In this document: positions 1 through 7,470 of the stretch, piece after piece
Layout: each line of letters opens with the position of its first letter
How positions within the stretch are numbered: the stretch's first letter is position 1
Assembly (NCBI GenBank): GCA_016793965.1
Contig: JAEULF010000114.1
Location: 1 to 40,331 of the forward strand
Source of the DNA: Alphaproteobacteria bacterium
GTDB lineage: Bacteria > Pseudomonadota > Alphaproteobacteria > JAEULF01
DNA: 40,331 bases
Direction of reading: 5' to 3'
The notes under the pieces: model-generated
Told to the model about the DNA's origin: nothing
Database searches by the model: none
What the model saw: only the letters and a program-made list of their open reading frames with translations
Program-made: the position numbers and the translations under genes

Positions 1-494
1 TCCGCATGCCAGAGCCAGAGCGCGGCAAGGCTCGGCACGGCGACGGCAAGCGCGATGCCGGCGGCCGCGGCGACCCAGCGGCGGCGCGGCAGGGACAGGC
101 GGGCCAGCCACAGGCGGGCCTGCGACAGGCCGGACGGGCGCTTGCGCTGGGCGGCGAGGCCGCGCACCACCGCGCCGATCTCGGCCTCGGCCATGTCGGC
201 GTGCAGCAGCGCTACGGCCGCGCCGTCCTGCACGACCACGACCGTCCAGGGCGCTTGCGGCGGCGGCATCGGCAGGCCGCGCAGCCGCGCCGTCGCGAGC
301 AGCCCGTTGGCCAGGCGCCGCGCGCGCTCGCGGTCGACGACGGCGACGTCGGGCACGCCCAGCGCGTGCTCCAGCCTGGCGATCAGGCGGTTGATCGGCC
401 CGCGCTCCGCCTCGGCCGTGGCGAGCACGCAGACGACAGGCCGCGCGCAAGAGCGCGCGAGCAAGGCGTCCAGGCTCGTTTCCCGCTGCCGCAT
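1..494 (-). CDS. Hypothetical protein with a hydrophobic segment, truncated at the window edge
   Basis: Manual translation from ATG at 494 (MRQRETSLDALLARSCARPVVCVLATAEAERG...WVAAAAGIALAVAVPSLAALWLWHA) is open to position 1 with GC3-rich codons. Absent from the ORF track because the stop is outside the window. Confidence 0.6.
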   Translation of the reverse strand, partial: MRQRETSLDALLARSCARPVVCVLATAEAERGPINRLIARLEHALGVPDVAVVDRERARRLANGLLATARLRGLPMPPPQAPWTVVVVQDGAAVALLHADMAEAEIGAVVRGLAAQRKRPSGLSQARLWLARLSLPRRRWVAAAAGIALAVAVPSLAALWLWHA

Positions 495-634
495 CGTCCG
501 GGCCCCCGTCGCTGGCCCGCCGAGCATAACCGGGAAACGTGTCGTGTCGCTGGCGCGTCGCACAGGTTTGGCTTAGGGGAGGGTCGGTTCCCCACCGGGG
601 GGACCTGTCGAGGCCCGATGCCGGGAGGCGCGCG

Positions 635-1090
635 ATGTCCGACGAGCAGAGCCCGCGCGGCTGGGACGCCGTCATGCAGGGGAAGGGGGGGCCGCAGGGA
701 CGCGGCGCCGGCGCGAACGGGCCGACGGTGCTGTCGCGCCTGCCGCCGGTCGCGCTCGGCCTCGGGCTCGTCATCGGCGCGGGGCTGCTGGGGGCGTGGA
801 TCCGCTTCGCCGCGGTCGAGCCGAGCTGGATCGGCTTCCTGTGCGATCCCGGGACGGGTCCCTGGTGGTGCGCGCCGCGGCGCGCGCTGATCTGGGGATT
901 CCACGAAGGATTGCTCGGCCTGCCGGCGCTGGCGCTCGCGCTCGGCGCGCTGGCCTGCGGGCCGAGCCGCGCCAGGGCGGCGCTCGGCCTCGGCGCCCTC
1001 TGCCTCGGCGGCTTCGGCCTCGTGCTCTACAACACCGGCGTCGCGGCGGTGGCGGTCATCCTGGCGCTGCTCTCCGCCGCCAGGCGCTGA
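635..1090 (+). CDS. Hypothetical membrane protein (3-4 TM)
   Basis: GGAGG precedes the ATG at 635. Hydrophobic runs VALGLGLVIGAGLLGAW and LGLPALALALGAL, with a Cys pair in a loop. Overlaps the convergent GH17 gene by 35 bp. Confidence 0.65.
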   Translation: MSDEQSPRGWDAVMQGKGGPQGRGAGANGPTVLSRLPPVALGLGLVIGAGLLGAWIRFAAVEPSWIGFLCDPGTGPWWCAPRRALIWGFHEGLLGLPALALALGALACGPSRARAALGLGALCLGGFGLVLYNTGVAAVAVILALLSAARR

Positions 1091-2726
1091 ACCGCAGCGG
1101 CAGGTCGGCGAGGGCCAGCAGCGCCAGCGTCGCGCACCAGCCGAGCGCTTCCTGGTTGGCGAGGCCCTCGCGCGCCAGGCCGATGGCGGCGAGCGCGAGG
1201 ACGAGGGCCGCCAGGCCGCGCTCCTCGCGCCCGTCCCCTGGCGTCGCCAGGGCTCCCATGGCGCGCAGCGCCAGGAAAGCGATGGCGGGACCGAGATAGA
1301 CCGCGGTCGGGAAGTCGCGGTAGCGCGGGTCGATGGCGAGCGCCAGGGCCGTGGACGCCGCGGCCACCATGACGCAGAGGCGCAAGGCGGCGATGGCGAG
1401 CCCGAGCGCGTCTCGCCGCGTGGCGCGGCGCGCGAGGAGCGCCAGGACGCCGACGAAGGGGACGACGGCGGCCCTGCGCTCGTGGGGCGCCCGTCCGGCC
1501 GCGAGGAGCGCGCAGCACGCCGCCGCCGCCGTCGCAGCGATGCCGGCGACCGCCATGGCGACGTCGAACGGCTCGACGGCGGCGATGCGGATCTGCTTGA
1601 TCTGCAGCGCCACGAGAGCGCCGAGGACCTGGCCGGCGAGGCCGGTCGCCAGAGCGCGCGCGAGGTCGAGGCGCAAGCGCAGCGCCAAGGCGCCGCCGAG
1701 CAGCGCCAGCGAGCCCGCCAGTCCCGCACCCCAGATCCAGCGCCAGTGCGGCTCCTCCGAGACCGGCCCGAGCAGCGGGAACTTCGCCGCGCGGTGCGTG
1801 TCGAACAGGCCCCATTGGCCGCCGACGGTGCCCTCGAGATGGCGCTTCCACGGCTGGTCGAAGGCCTCGATCAGGTTGTAGTCGAGCTGCCGGCGCTCGG
1901 CCATCGCCATGAACTCGCGGAAGAAGCGCGCCTGGTTGACGCGGCCCGGCGCTGCGCCCTCGCGCATGCGGCCGGCGCTCGGCCAGCCGGTCTCGCCGAT
2001 CAGGATCCGCTTGCCCGCGAAGATCCGCCTGACGATGTCGACGATGTCGCTGACATGGGACACGGCGTGGCGGATGGCGATCGGGTGGTCCTCCCAGAAG
2101 GGCAGGATGTGCACGGTCACGAAATCGACGTGATCGGCGAGCGCCGCATGCTTCTCCCAGAACTCCCAGACATCGGCATAGGTGACCTCGACCGGAACCG
2201 CGGCCTTCACCCGCTGCAGCAGCTCCGCCAAGCCGTGCGGCGGCTGCTCGCGGCGCAGCAGCACCTCGTTGCCGACGATGACCGCGCGCACGGTGTCCGG
2301 GTGCTCGTTGGCCAGCCGGATCAGGCCGGCGATCTGCTTCTCGTTGCCGACGGGGTCGCGCCCGATCCAGGCGCCGAGCAGGACCTTCAGCCCGAGCTCG
2401 CGCGCGATCGCCGGCACGGCCTCCAGCCCCTGGTCGACCGCGTAGGTGCGCACGCAGCTCGTCATCCGCGAGAGCGCCTGAAGGTCGGTGCGGATCTGCG
2501 CCGGCGGGACCACCAGGCCCTCCTGGAACGGCGACTGGTCCTGGTTGAACGGCGCGTAGGAGACGCAGCGCAGCCGCTCCGTCGGCGCGTCGACCAGCGG
2601 CACCGGCCGGCCGATCCACGCCCAGGCGCCGTAGCCGACCAGCCCGGCTGCCAGCAGCCCGGCGAGCGCAGCCAGCAGCGGGCGCCTTGGCACGCCGCCC
2701 GTCGACGTCTCCGATGCAGCGCTCAT
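1056..2726 (-). CDS. Membrane-anchored glycoside hydrolase family 17 (beta-glucan transglycosylase, NdvC-like)
   Basis: N-terminal TM; motifs CVSYAPF, CVRTY, VIVGNE (acid/base Glu) and IGETGWPS (nucleophile Glu), YNLIEAFDQPWK; multi-TM C-terminus. Confidence 0.85.
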   Translation of the reverse strand: MSAASETSTGGVPRRPLLAALAGLLAAGLVGYGAWAWIGRPVPLVDAPTERLRCVSYAPFNQDQSPFQEGLVVPPAQIRTDLQALSRMTSCVRTYAVDQGLEAVPAIARELGLKVLLGAWIGRDPVGNEKQIAGLIRLANEHPDTVRAVIVGNEVLLRREQPPHGLAELLQRVKAAVPVEVTYADVWEFWEKHAALADHVDFVTVHILPFWEDHPIAIRHAVSHVSDIVDIVRRIFAGKRILIGETGWPSAGRMREGAAPGRVNQARFFREFMAMAERRQLDYNLIEAFDQPWKRHLEGTVGGQWGLFDTHRAAKFPLLGPVSEEPHWRWIWGAGLAGSLALLGGALALRLRLDLARALATGLAGQVLGALVALQIKQIRIAAVEPFDVAMAVAGIAATAAAACCALLAAGRAPHERRAAVVPFVGVLALLARRATRRDALGLAIAALRLCVMVAAASTALALAIDPRYRDFPTAVYLGPAIAFLALRAMGALATPGDGREERGLAALVLALAAIGLAREGLANQEALGWCATLALLALADLPLRFSAWRRRAAPG

Positions 2727-2956
2727 GCCCAGGTCTTCACCGTTGCGAGCCCTCCCGCGCGACCGGTCTCACCCGTCCGCGCCGTCCCCCGCCGCACCTA
2801 TTCACGATCGGTGCGGCCGGCGCAAGCGCCAGCCTTCGCCATGGTCGCCCTCCGGCTGGTGCCCGGCATGGCACCTGCGCGCGCGCATCGCTTCTCAGGG
2901 CCGGCCCCGCGCTATACCTGTCGCGCGTCAAGCGGCAGGAAAGCGAGAGCGGCGCG

Positions 2957-3391
2957 ATGCGCGAGAAGGCGGAGCGGACGATCCGGGCCTATTACGCGGC
3001 CTTCAACCGGCAGGATCTGGACGGCTTCCTCGACCTGCTGGCGGACGACGTCGTGCACGACATCAACCAGGGCAAGCGCGAGAAGGGCAAGCCGGCGTTC
3101 CGCCGCTTCCTGAAGCGGATGAACGAGCTCTATCGGGAGACGGTCGTCGATCTCGTCGTCATGGCGAGCGCCGACGGCCGCCGGGCCGCCGCCGAGTTCA
3201 CCATCCGCGGCACTTACCTCAAGAGCGACAAGGGGTTGCCGCCAGCATCGGGCCAGGCCTACGTGCTGCCCGTCGGCGCCTTCTTCGCGTTGAAGCGCGG
3301 CAAGGTCGCGCGCGTGTCGAACCACTACAACCTCAACGACTGGCTGGCGCAGGTCGCCAAGCCGGCGCGCGGCACCAAGAAGCGTCGCTGA
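2957..3391 (+). CDS. SnoaL/NTF2-like (ketosteroid isomerase-related) protein
   Basis: IRAYYAAFNRQD...LLADDVVHDINQG...RAAAEFTIRGTY...GKVARVSNHYN, typical of the family. Confidence 0.85.
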   Translation: MREKAERTIRAYYAAFNRQDLDGFLDLLADDVVHDINQGKREKGKPAFRRFLKRMNELYRETVVDLVVMASADGRRAAAEFTIRGTYLKSDKGLPPASGQAYVLPVGAFFALKRGKVARVSNHYNLNDWLAQVAKPARGTKKRR

Positions 3392-3425
3392 GCGGCGCGG
3401 CCAAACGGCGCAAAAGGAGATCGGC

Positions 3426-4121
3426 ATGGTCGACAGGATCGCGCGCGCCCCCGCCGACGGCGGCGGCAGCCTCGGCACCGTCTTCGGCGGCGCCCAGGCC
3501 GGCGTCGGCGGCGCCAGGCAGTCCCTCAACGGCATCACGGTCGAGCGCCTGACCGGCGCGCCGCTGAAGGCGCGGCTCGGCGACCTGGCGCAGCTGCGCA
3601 TCGCCGTGTTCCGCACCTTCCCCTATCTCTACGAGGGCACGCCGGAGTACGAGGCGCGCTACCTGAAGACCTACGCGGCGTCGCCCGACAGCGCCATCGT
3701 CGCGGCCTTCGACGGCGACCGCCTGGTGGGCGCTGCGACAGGCCTGCCGCTGGAGCACGAGCCGGCCTATGTCCGCGATCCCGTCGAGAAGTACGGGCTG
3801 GACGTCGGCCGGGTGTTCTATTTCGGCGAATCCGTGCTGCTGCCGGAGTACCGCGGCCGCGGCATCGGCGTCGCGTTCTTCGAGCAGCGCGAGGCGCACG
3901 CGCGGGCGCTGGGCCGGTTCCGCACCATCCTGTTCTGCGCCGTCGATCGCCCGGCGGGCCATCCGCGCCGGCCGGAGGGATACCAGCCGCTCGACGATTT
4001 CTGGCGCCGGCGCGGCTACCATCCCGTGCCCGGCCTGGCTTGCGCGTTCAGCTGGCGCGACCTCGACGAGAGCGAGGAGAGCCCGAAGCGCATGCTGTTC
4101 TGGCGCAAGGACATCGCCTGA
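3426..4121 (+). CDS. GNAT family N-acetyltransferase
   Basis: LRIAVFRTFPYLYEG; acetyl-CoA motif YFGESVLLPEYRGRGIG; AGGAG before the ATG. Confidence 0.85.
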   Translation: MVDRIARAPADGGGSLGTVFGGAQAGVGGARQSLNGITVERLTGAPLKARLGDLAQLRIAVFRTFPYLYEGTPEYEARYLKTYAASPDSAIVAAFDGDRLVGAATGLPLEHEPAYVRDPVEKYGLDVGRVFYFGESVLLPEYRGRGIGVAFFEQREAHARALGRFRTILFCAVDRPAGHPRRPEGYQPLDDFWRRRGYHPVPGLACAFSWRDLDESEESPKRMLFWRKDIA

Positions 4122-4143
4122 GCCGCGCGCTGTGAGCAGCGCG

Positions 4144-5073
4144 ATGGCCGGGCCGTCGCCCCGGGCGATCCGCGTCGCGCTGGCGCAGTATCCGATCGGC
4201 TGCTTCGCGAGCGCCGGCGCGTGGCGCGACAAGCTGGCGCGCTGGGTCGGCGAGGCGGCGGCGGGCGGCGCCCAGCTCCTGGTCTTCCCGGAATACGGCC
4301 AGGCCGAGCTGGCCTCGCTCCTGCCGCCTGATGTGCGCGGCGACCTCAAGGGCCATCTGGAGCCGCTGCAGGCGCTGGTGCCCGAGGCGCTGGCGCTGCA
4401 CGCCGATCTGGCCGCGCGCCACAAGCTGCACCTGCTGATGGGCAGCCTGCCCGTGCGCGCGCCGGGGCAGCCCGGCCGCTTCGTCAACCGCGCGCACCTG
4501 TTCGGCCCGGACGGGGGGCACGCGGCGCAGGACAAGCTGATGATGACCCGCTTCGAGGCGGAGCAGTGGGGCATCGCGCCGGGCGACGGGCTCAGCGTGT
4601 TCGACACGGCTCTCGGGCGCATCGGCGTCGCCATCTGCTACGACGCCGAGTTCCCGCTGATCCCGCGCCGCCTGGCGGAGGCCGGCGCCCGGCTGATCCT
4701 GGTGCCGAGCTGCACCGACGCGGCGCATGGCTATCACCGCGTGCGCGTGGCCTGCCAAGCCCGCGCCCTGGAGAGCCAGTGCCTGGTCGTGCAGGCGCCG
4801 ACGGTGGGCGCCGCCGATTGGTCGCCCGCCGTGGACGTCAATGTCGGCGCCGCCGGCGCCTTCGGCCCGCCCGACCGCGGCTTCCCCGCCGACGGCGTCC
4901 TGGCGCTCGGCACGATGGACGCGCCCGGCTGGGTCTTCGCCGACCTCGACCTCGCCGCCGTCGACCGCGTGCGCCTGGACGGCGCCGTGCTCAACCACCG
5001 GGATTGGGACAGGCAGGGGCAGGCGGCAGAGGCGGCGCCGCGGGCGCTGACAACGATCGTGAAAGCGGTCTAG
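4144..5073 (+). CDS. Carbon-nitrogen hydrolase (nitrilase/amidase) family protein
   Basis: Catalytic triad contexts LVFPEY (Glu), QDKLMMTRFE (Lys) and IGVAICYDAEFP (Cys); ARALE motif. Start taken at ATG 4144. Confidence 0.88.
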   Translation: MAGPSPRAIRVALAQYPIGCFASAGAWRDKLARWVGEAAAGGAQLLVFPEYGQAELASLLPPDVRGDLKGHLEPLQALVPEALALHADLAARHKLHLLMGSLPVRAPGQPGRFVNRAHLFGPDGGHAAQDKLMMTRFEAEQWGIAPGDGLSVFDTALGRIGVAICYDAEFPLIPRRLAEAGARLILVPSCTDAAHGYHRVRVACQARALESQCLVVQAPTVGAADWSPAVDVNVGAAGAFGPPDRGFPADGVLALGTMDAPGWVFADLDLAAVDRVRLDGAVLNHRDWDRQGQAAEAAPRALTTIVKAV

Positions 5074-5391
5074 ACTGGCAGGAGCATCAGGTAAGTTGCT
5101 GTTCCAAAAGCAATGGAAATGTGGTCTGACCCCTATTACCATGCATACCATGCATGCAGGTTCACGGCCTTGCGTAATTCGCGTTCAATATCTCGCCAAT
5201 GTCTGGGCTCTGCTTGGATGGACGCGGCAGCGGCGACTCGATTTGCATCCCTTCCCCAATGATACTCCTAAGGGAGCGAAATGAATATGAAAAAGAGAGG
5301 GCCGCGTTCACAGCGCCTAGAGATGCGACAGGTGGGAGTGGAAGTTTCCAATGACAGACAAGCTCGTGGCCGACGGTATTCTGGGGGAGGG

Positions 5392-5838
5392 ATGGGCGAG
5401 ACAAAAAGTGAAAGTGTAAATGGAACAGATAGCACTAAGTATCCTTCGCTTCTTTGGAGGATATTCGATAGCTATGTTCTTGTTTTTCCGATATGGTGGA
5501 TTTCATCAATAGTATTTACTATATCATGGATGATCTGGATATTGGGAGAATGTAGGTATATTGAACTTGGGAGTTTTTTCATATGGACTTTTGGAGTTTC
5601 TGAGACAGCAACAATTGTTCTGGGGTTTATCTTCTTTAGATTTTGGAATCGCCGTCTTTTCACAGATGGTCTGACAACTATATTCGGGTCAGGATTTCCT
5701 CTTATGGCGATAGACTATGCAATAATACAATTTGGCATGCAAGCAGTTATATTTGGGTTTGTTGTCGCATCTGACAAATTTTCTACAATAAGTGATTGCA
5801 AGGTGTTAAGCGCGTTGCAATATACATTGGTGTGGTGA
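5392..5838 (+). CDS. Orphan membrane protein (~148 aa, ~3 TM)
   Basis: GGGGAGG precedes ATG 5392; long ORF in AT-rich DNA with hydrophobic segments. An alternative upstream start exists at 5281. Confidence 0.6.
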   Translation: MGETKSESVNGTDSTKYPSLLWRIFDSYVLVFPIWWISSIVFTISWMIWILGECRYIELGSFFIWTFGVSETATIVLGFIFFRFWNRRLFTDGLTTIFGSGFPLMAIDYAIIQFGMQAVIFGFVVASDKFSTISDCKVLSALQYTLVW

Positions 5839-5839
5839 C

Positions 5840-6286
5840 GTGGTGAGTCCCGACGACAAACCGGAGAAAATACCCTACAAAGAGGATACAATCGCTTGGC
5901 ATTTCTATCTATTTATCAAATGCGCGAAGCCATTGCTAGTACCTATGTGTATCTATGTTTTTGTTTCCCCAATTTTTCTAGTAATCGACATGGCGTTGTT
6001 GATGCTCGGTTCTCCTTTGTACTTGGGTCCAGTTCTTTGGGGGACGGTTATGCTAATATTGTTTCATATTTTGTTTTGGTCTAGGCAAGATGCGCTAATG
6101 CCAGACGCTTCTTCCGGGAAATTTTATGATGGAGTAGGCCAGTATGGAATAGTCACGTACATTTTCTTTCTTCCAAGTGCAGCTATCTGCACACTTGGAG
6201 GAATATTGCACTCAATGACGCTGAGTGCATTTTGCAGTAGCGATCTATGCTGCGTAGGCAAGATAATGACAATGTGTGGCCAATAG
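5840..6286 (+). CDS. Orphan membrane protein (148 aa, ~3 TM, Cys-rich C-terminus)
   Basis: GTG start 1 nt after the previous stop (suggests translational coupling); hydrophobic segments. Confidence 0.6.
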   Translation: MVSPDDKPEKIPYKEDTIAWHFYLFIKCAKPLLVPMCIYVFVSPIFLVIDMALLMLGSPLYLGPVLWGTVMLILFHILFWSRQDALMPDASSGKFYDGVGQYGIVTYIFFLPSAAICTLGGILHSMTLSAFCSSDLCCVGKIMTMCGQ

Positions 6287-6389
6287 ATTCTTTCATAATC
6301 TTCAGATAGTTACGTGGACATCATACTTAATTCAGCTCCCCGTGGGAATGACGGGCGTTCGTTGGCATCCTCGGCCCAGGAGGTGGCCT

Positions 6390-6620
6390 ATGGACCTCGA
6401 CACCGACCGCATCGACGAGGCCGTGCTGGCGCTGCTCTATCTCGGCCTGCACGACCACGGCCGCGCCTGGAAGGGCTTCGACGGTGACGCGCTCCGCCGG
6501 CTGCACGCCAAGGGCTTCATCTCCGATCCCAAGAGCAAGGCGAAGTCGGTGGCGTTCAGCGCGGCGGGGGAGCGCGAATCCGAGCGGCTCCTTCGCGCGC
6601 TGTTCGGCAAGCGCGGCTGA
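6390..6620 (+). CDS. DUF6429-like small protein
   Basis: MDLDTDRIDEAVLALLYLGLHD..RAWKGFD...LHAKGFISDPKSKAKSV; AGGAGG RBS. Confidence 0.75.
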   Translation: MDLDTDRIDEAVLALLYLGLHDHGRAWKGFDGDALRRLHAKGFISDPKSKAKSVAFSAAGERESERLLRALFGKRG

Positions 6621-6651
6621 GCGAGCGCTGGGCCCTGCCGCGCGGCCGCCG

Positions 6652-7470
6652 TCAGGCGCCGCTGCGGCGGGCCAGGAGCGGTGCCAGCGCGTCCTGACGC
6701 AGCACCGCGGCGGGCAGGACGAGGAAGCCGGCGCCGATGTCCCGCGCCAGCGCGACCGAGGCCGGCAGCGCCGCGCTGCCGGCGGCGACGGCCTCCCACG
6801 CGATGCGCGCGGCGCCCAGTTCCGCTGCGCCCAGCTCGGCGGCGACGATATCGGCCAGCGCGGCGCGCTGGCCGAGCGGCAGGACGATCCGGCAGATCCC
6901 GTCCTGGGCCGCCGCGAGCAGCCGCGCGGCGACGAGGGCGCGCCGGGCGGAGTCGCCGTCCGCGCACAGGACCACGATGTCCTGCCGGCGCTCGCTCCGG
7001 CCGGCGATGGCGAGGGCGGCGACGGCGCGCTCCCGCTCGCCGGCCTGCCACGGCCCGACGGCGGCGGCGCTCGCTTCCGCGTCGGCGATCAGCAGGTCCT
7101 CCTCGCGCGCCTGCAGCGCCCGGTCGAGCGCCGCAGCGGACGACAGGGTATGCAGCGTCAGGCGCGAGGCCGAGCCGCGCAGCATGGCGCCGAGCGCGTC
7201 CTGCAGCCGGCTGGCAGAGGCCGTCAGCGCCAGCTCCAGTGCCCGCGGCGTCAGCTTCTCGGCCTGGCCGGTCGGGCCGACGAGATGGCGCGTCACCGGC
7301 AGCGCGGCCAGGGTCTCCAGCACCTCGCTCTGCACGAGGACGGCGGCGAGGTCGGCCCGGGATCGCTCGGCCATGCGCGCGGCGAGGCGCAGCAGCGGCG
7401 TCAGCTGGCCGGAAGCCGGCACCGCGGCGACGATGCGCCGGGGCTGGTTGCCGCGCTGGGTCTCAGCCAT
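6652..7470 (-). CDS. Hypothetical protein, possibly degenerate universal-stress-protein-like
   Basis: RRIVAAV...LLRLAARMAER..ADLAAVLV pattern recalls the USP N-terminus; overlaps the Lon-like gene stop by 8 nt, consistent with an operon. Confidence 0.55.
   Translation of the reverse strand: MAETQRGNQPRRIVAAVPASGQLTPLLRLAARMAERSRADLAAVLVQSEVLETLAALPVTRHLVGPTGQAEKLTPRALELALTASASRLQDALGAMLRGSASRLTLHTLSSAAALDRALQAREEDLLIADAEASAAAVGPWQAGERERAVAALAIAGRSERRQDIVVLCADGDSARRALVAARLLAAAQDGICRIVLPLGQRAALADIVAAELGAAELGAARIAWEAVAAGSAALPASVALARDIGAGFLVLPAAVLRQDALAPLLARRSGA

Larger units (their letters stand above)
5074..6340. other. Low-GC insert (probable horizontally acquired segment)
   Basis: Abrupt AT-rich stretch: 18/60 GC at 5461-5520 versus 48/60 at 4201-4260. 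No transposase or integrase is visible. Boundaries are approximate. Confidence 0.8.

Noticed and set aside
6336-6356. CCCCGTGGGAATGACGGG at the right edge of the low-GC insert, resembling half of a REP-type repeat
   Set aside because: Too short, and no matching partner at the left edge.
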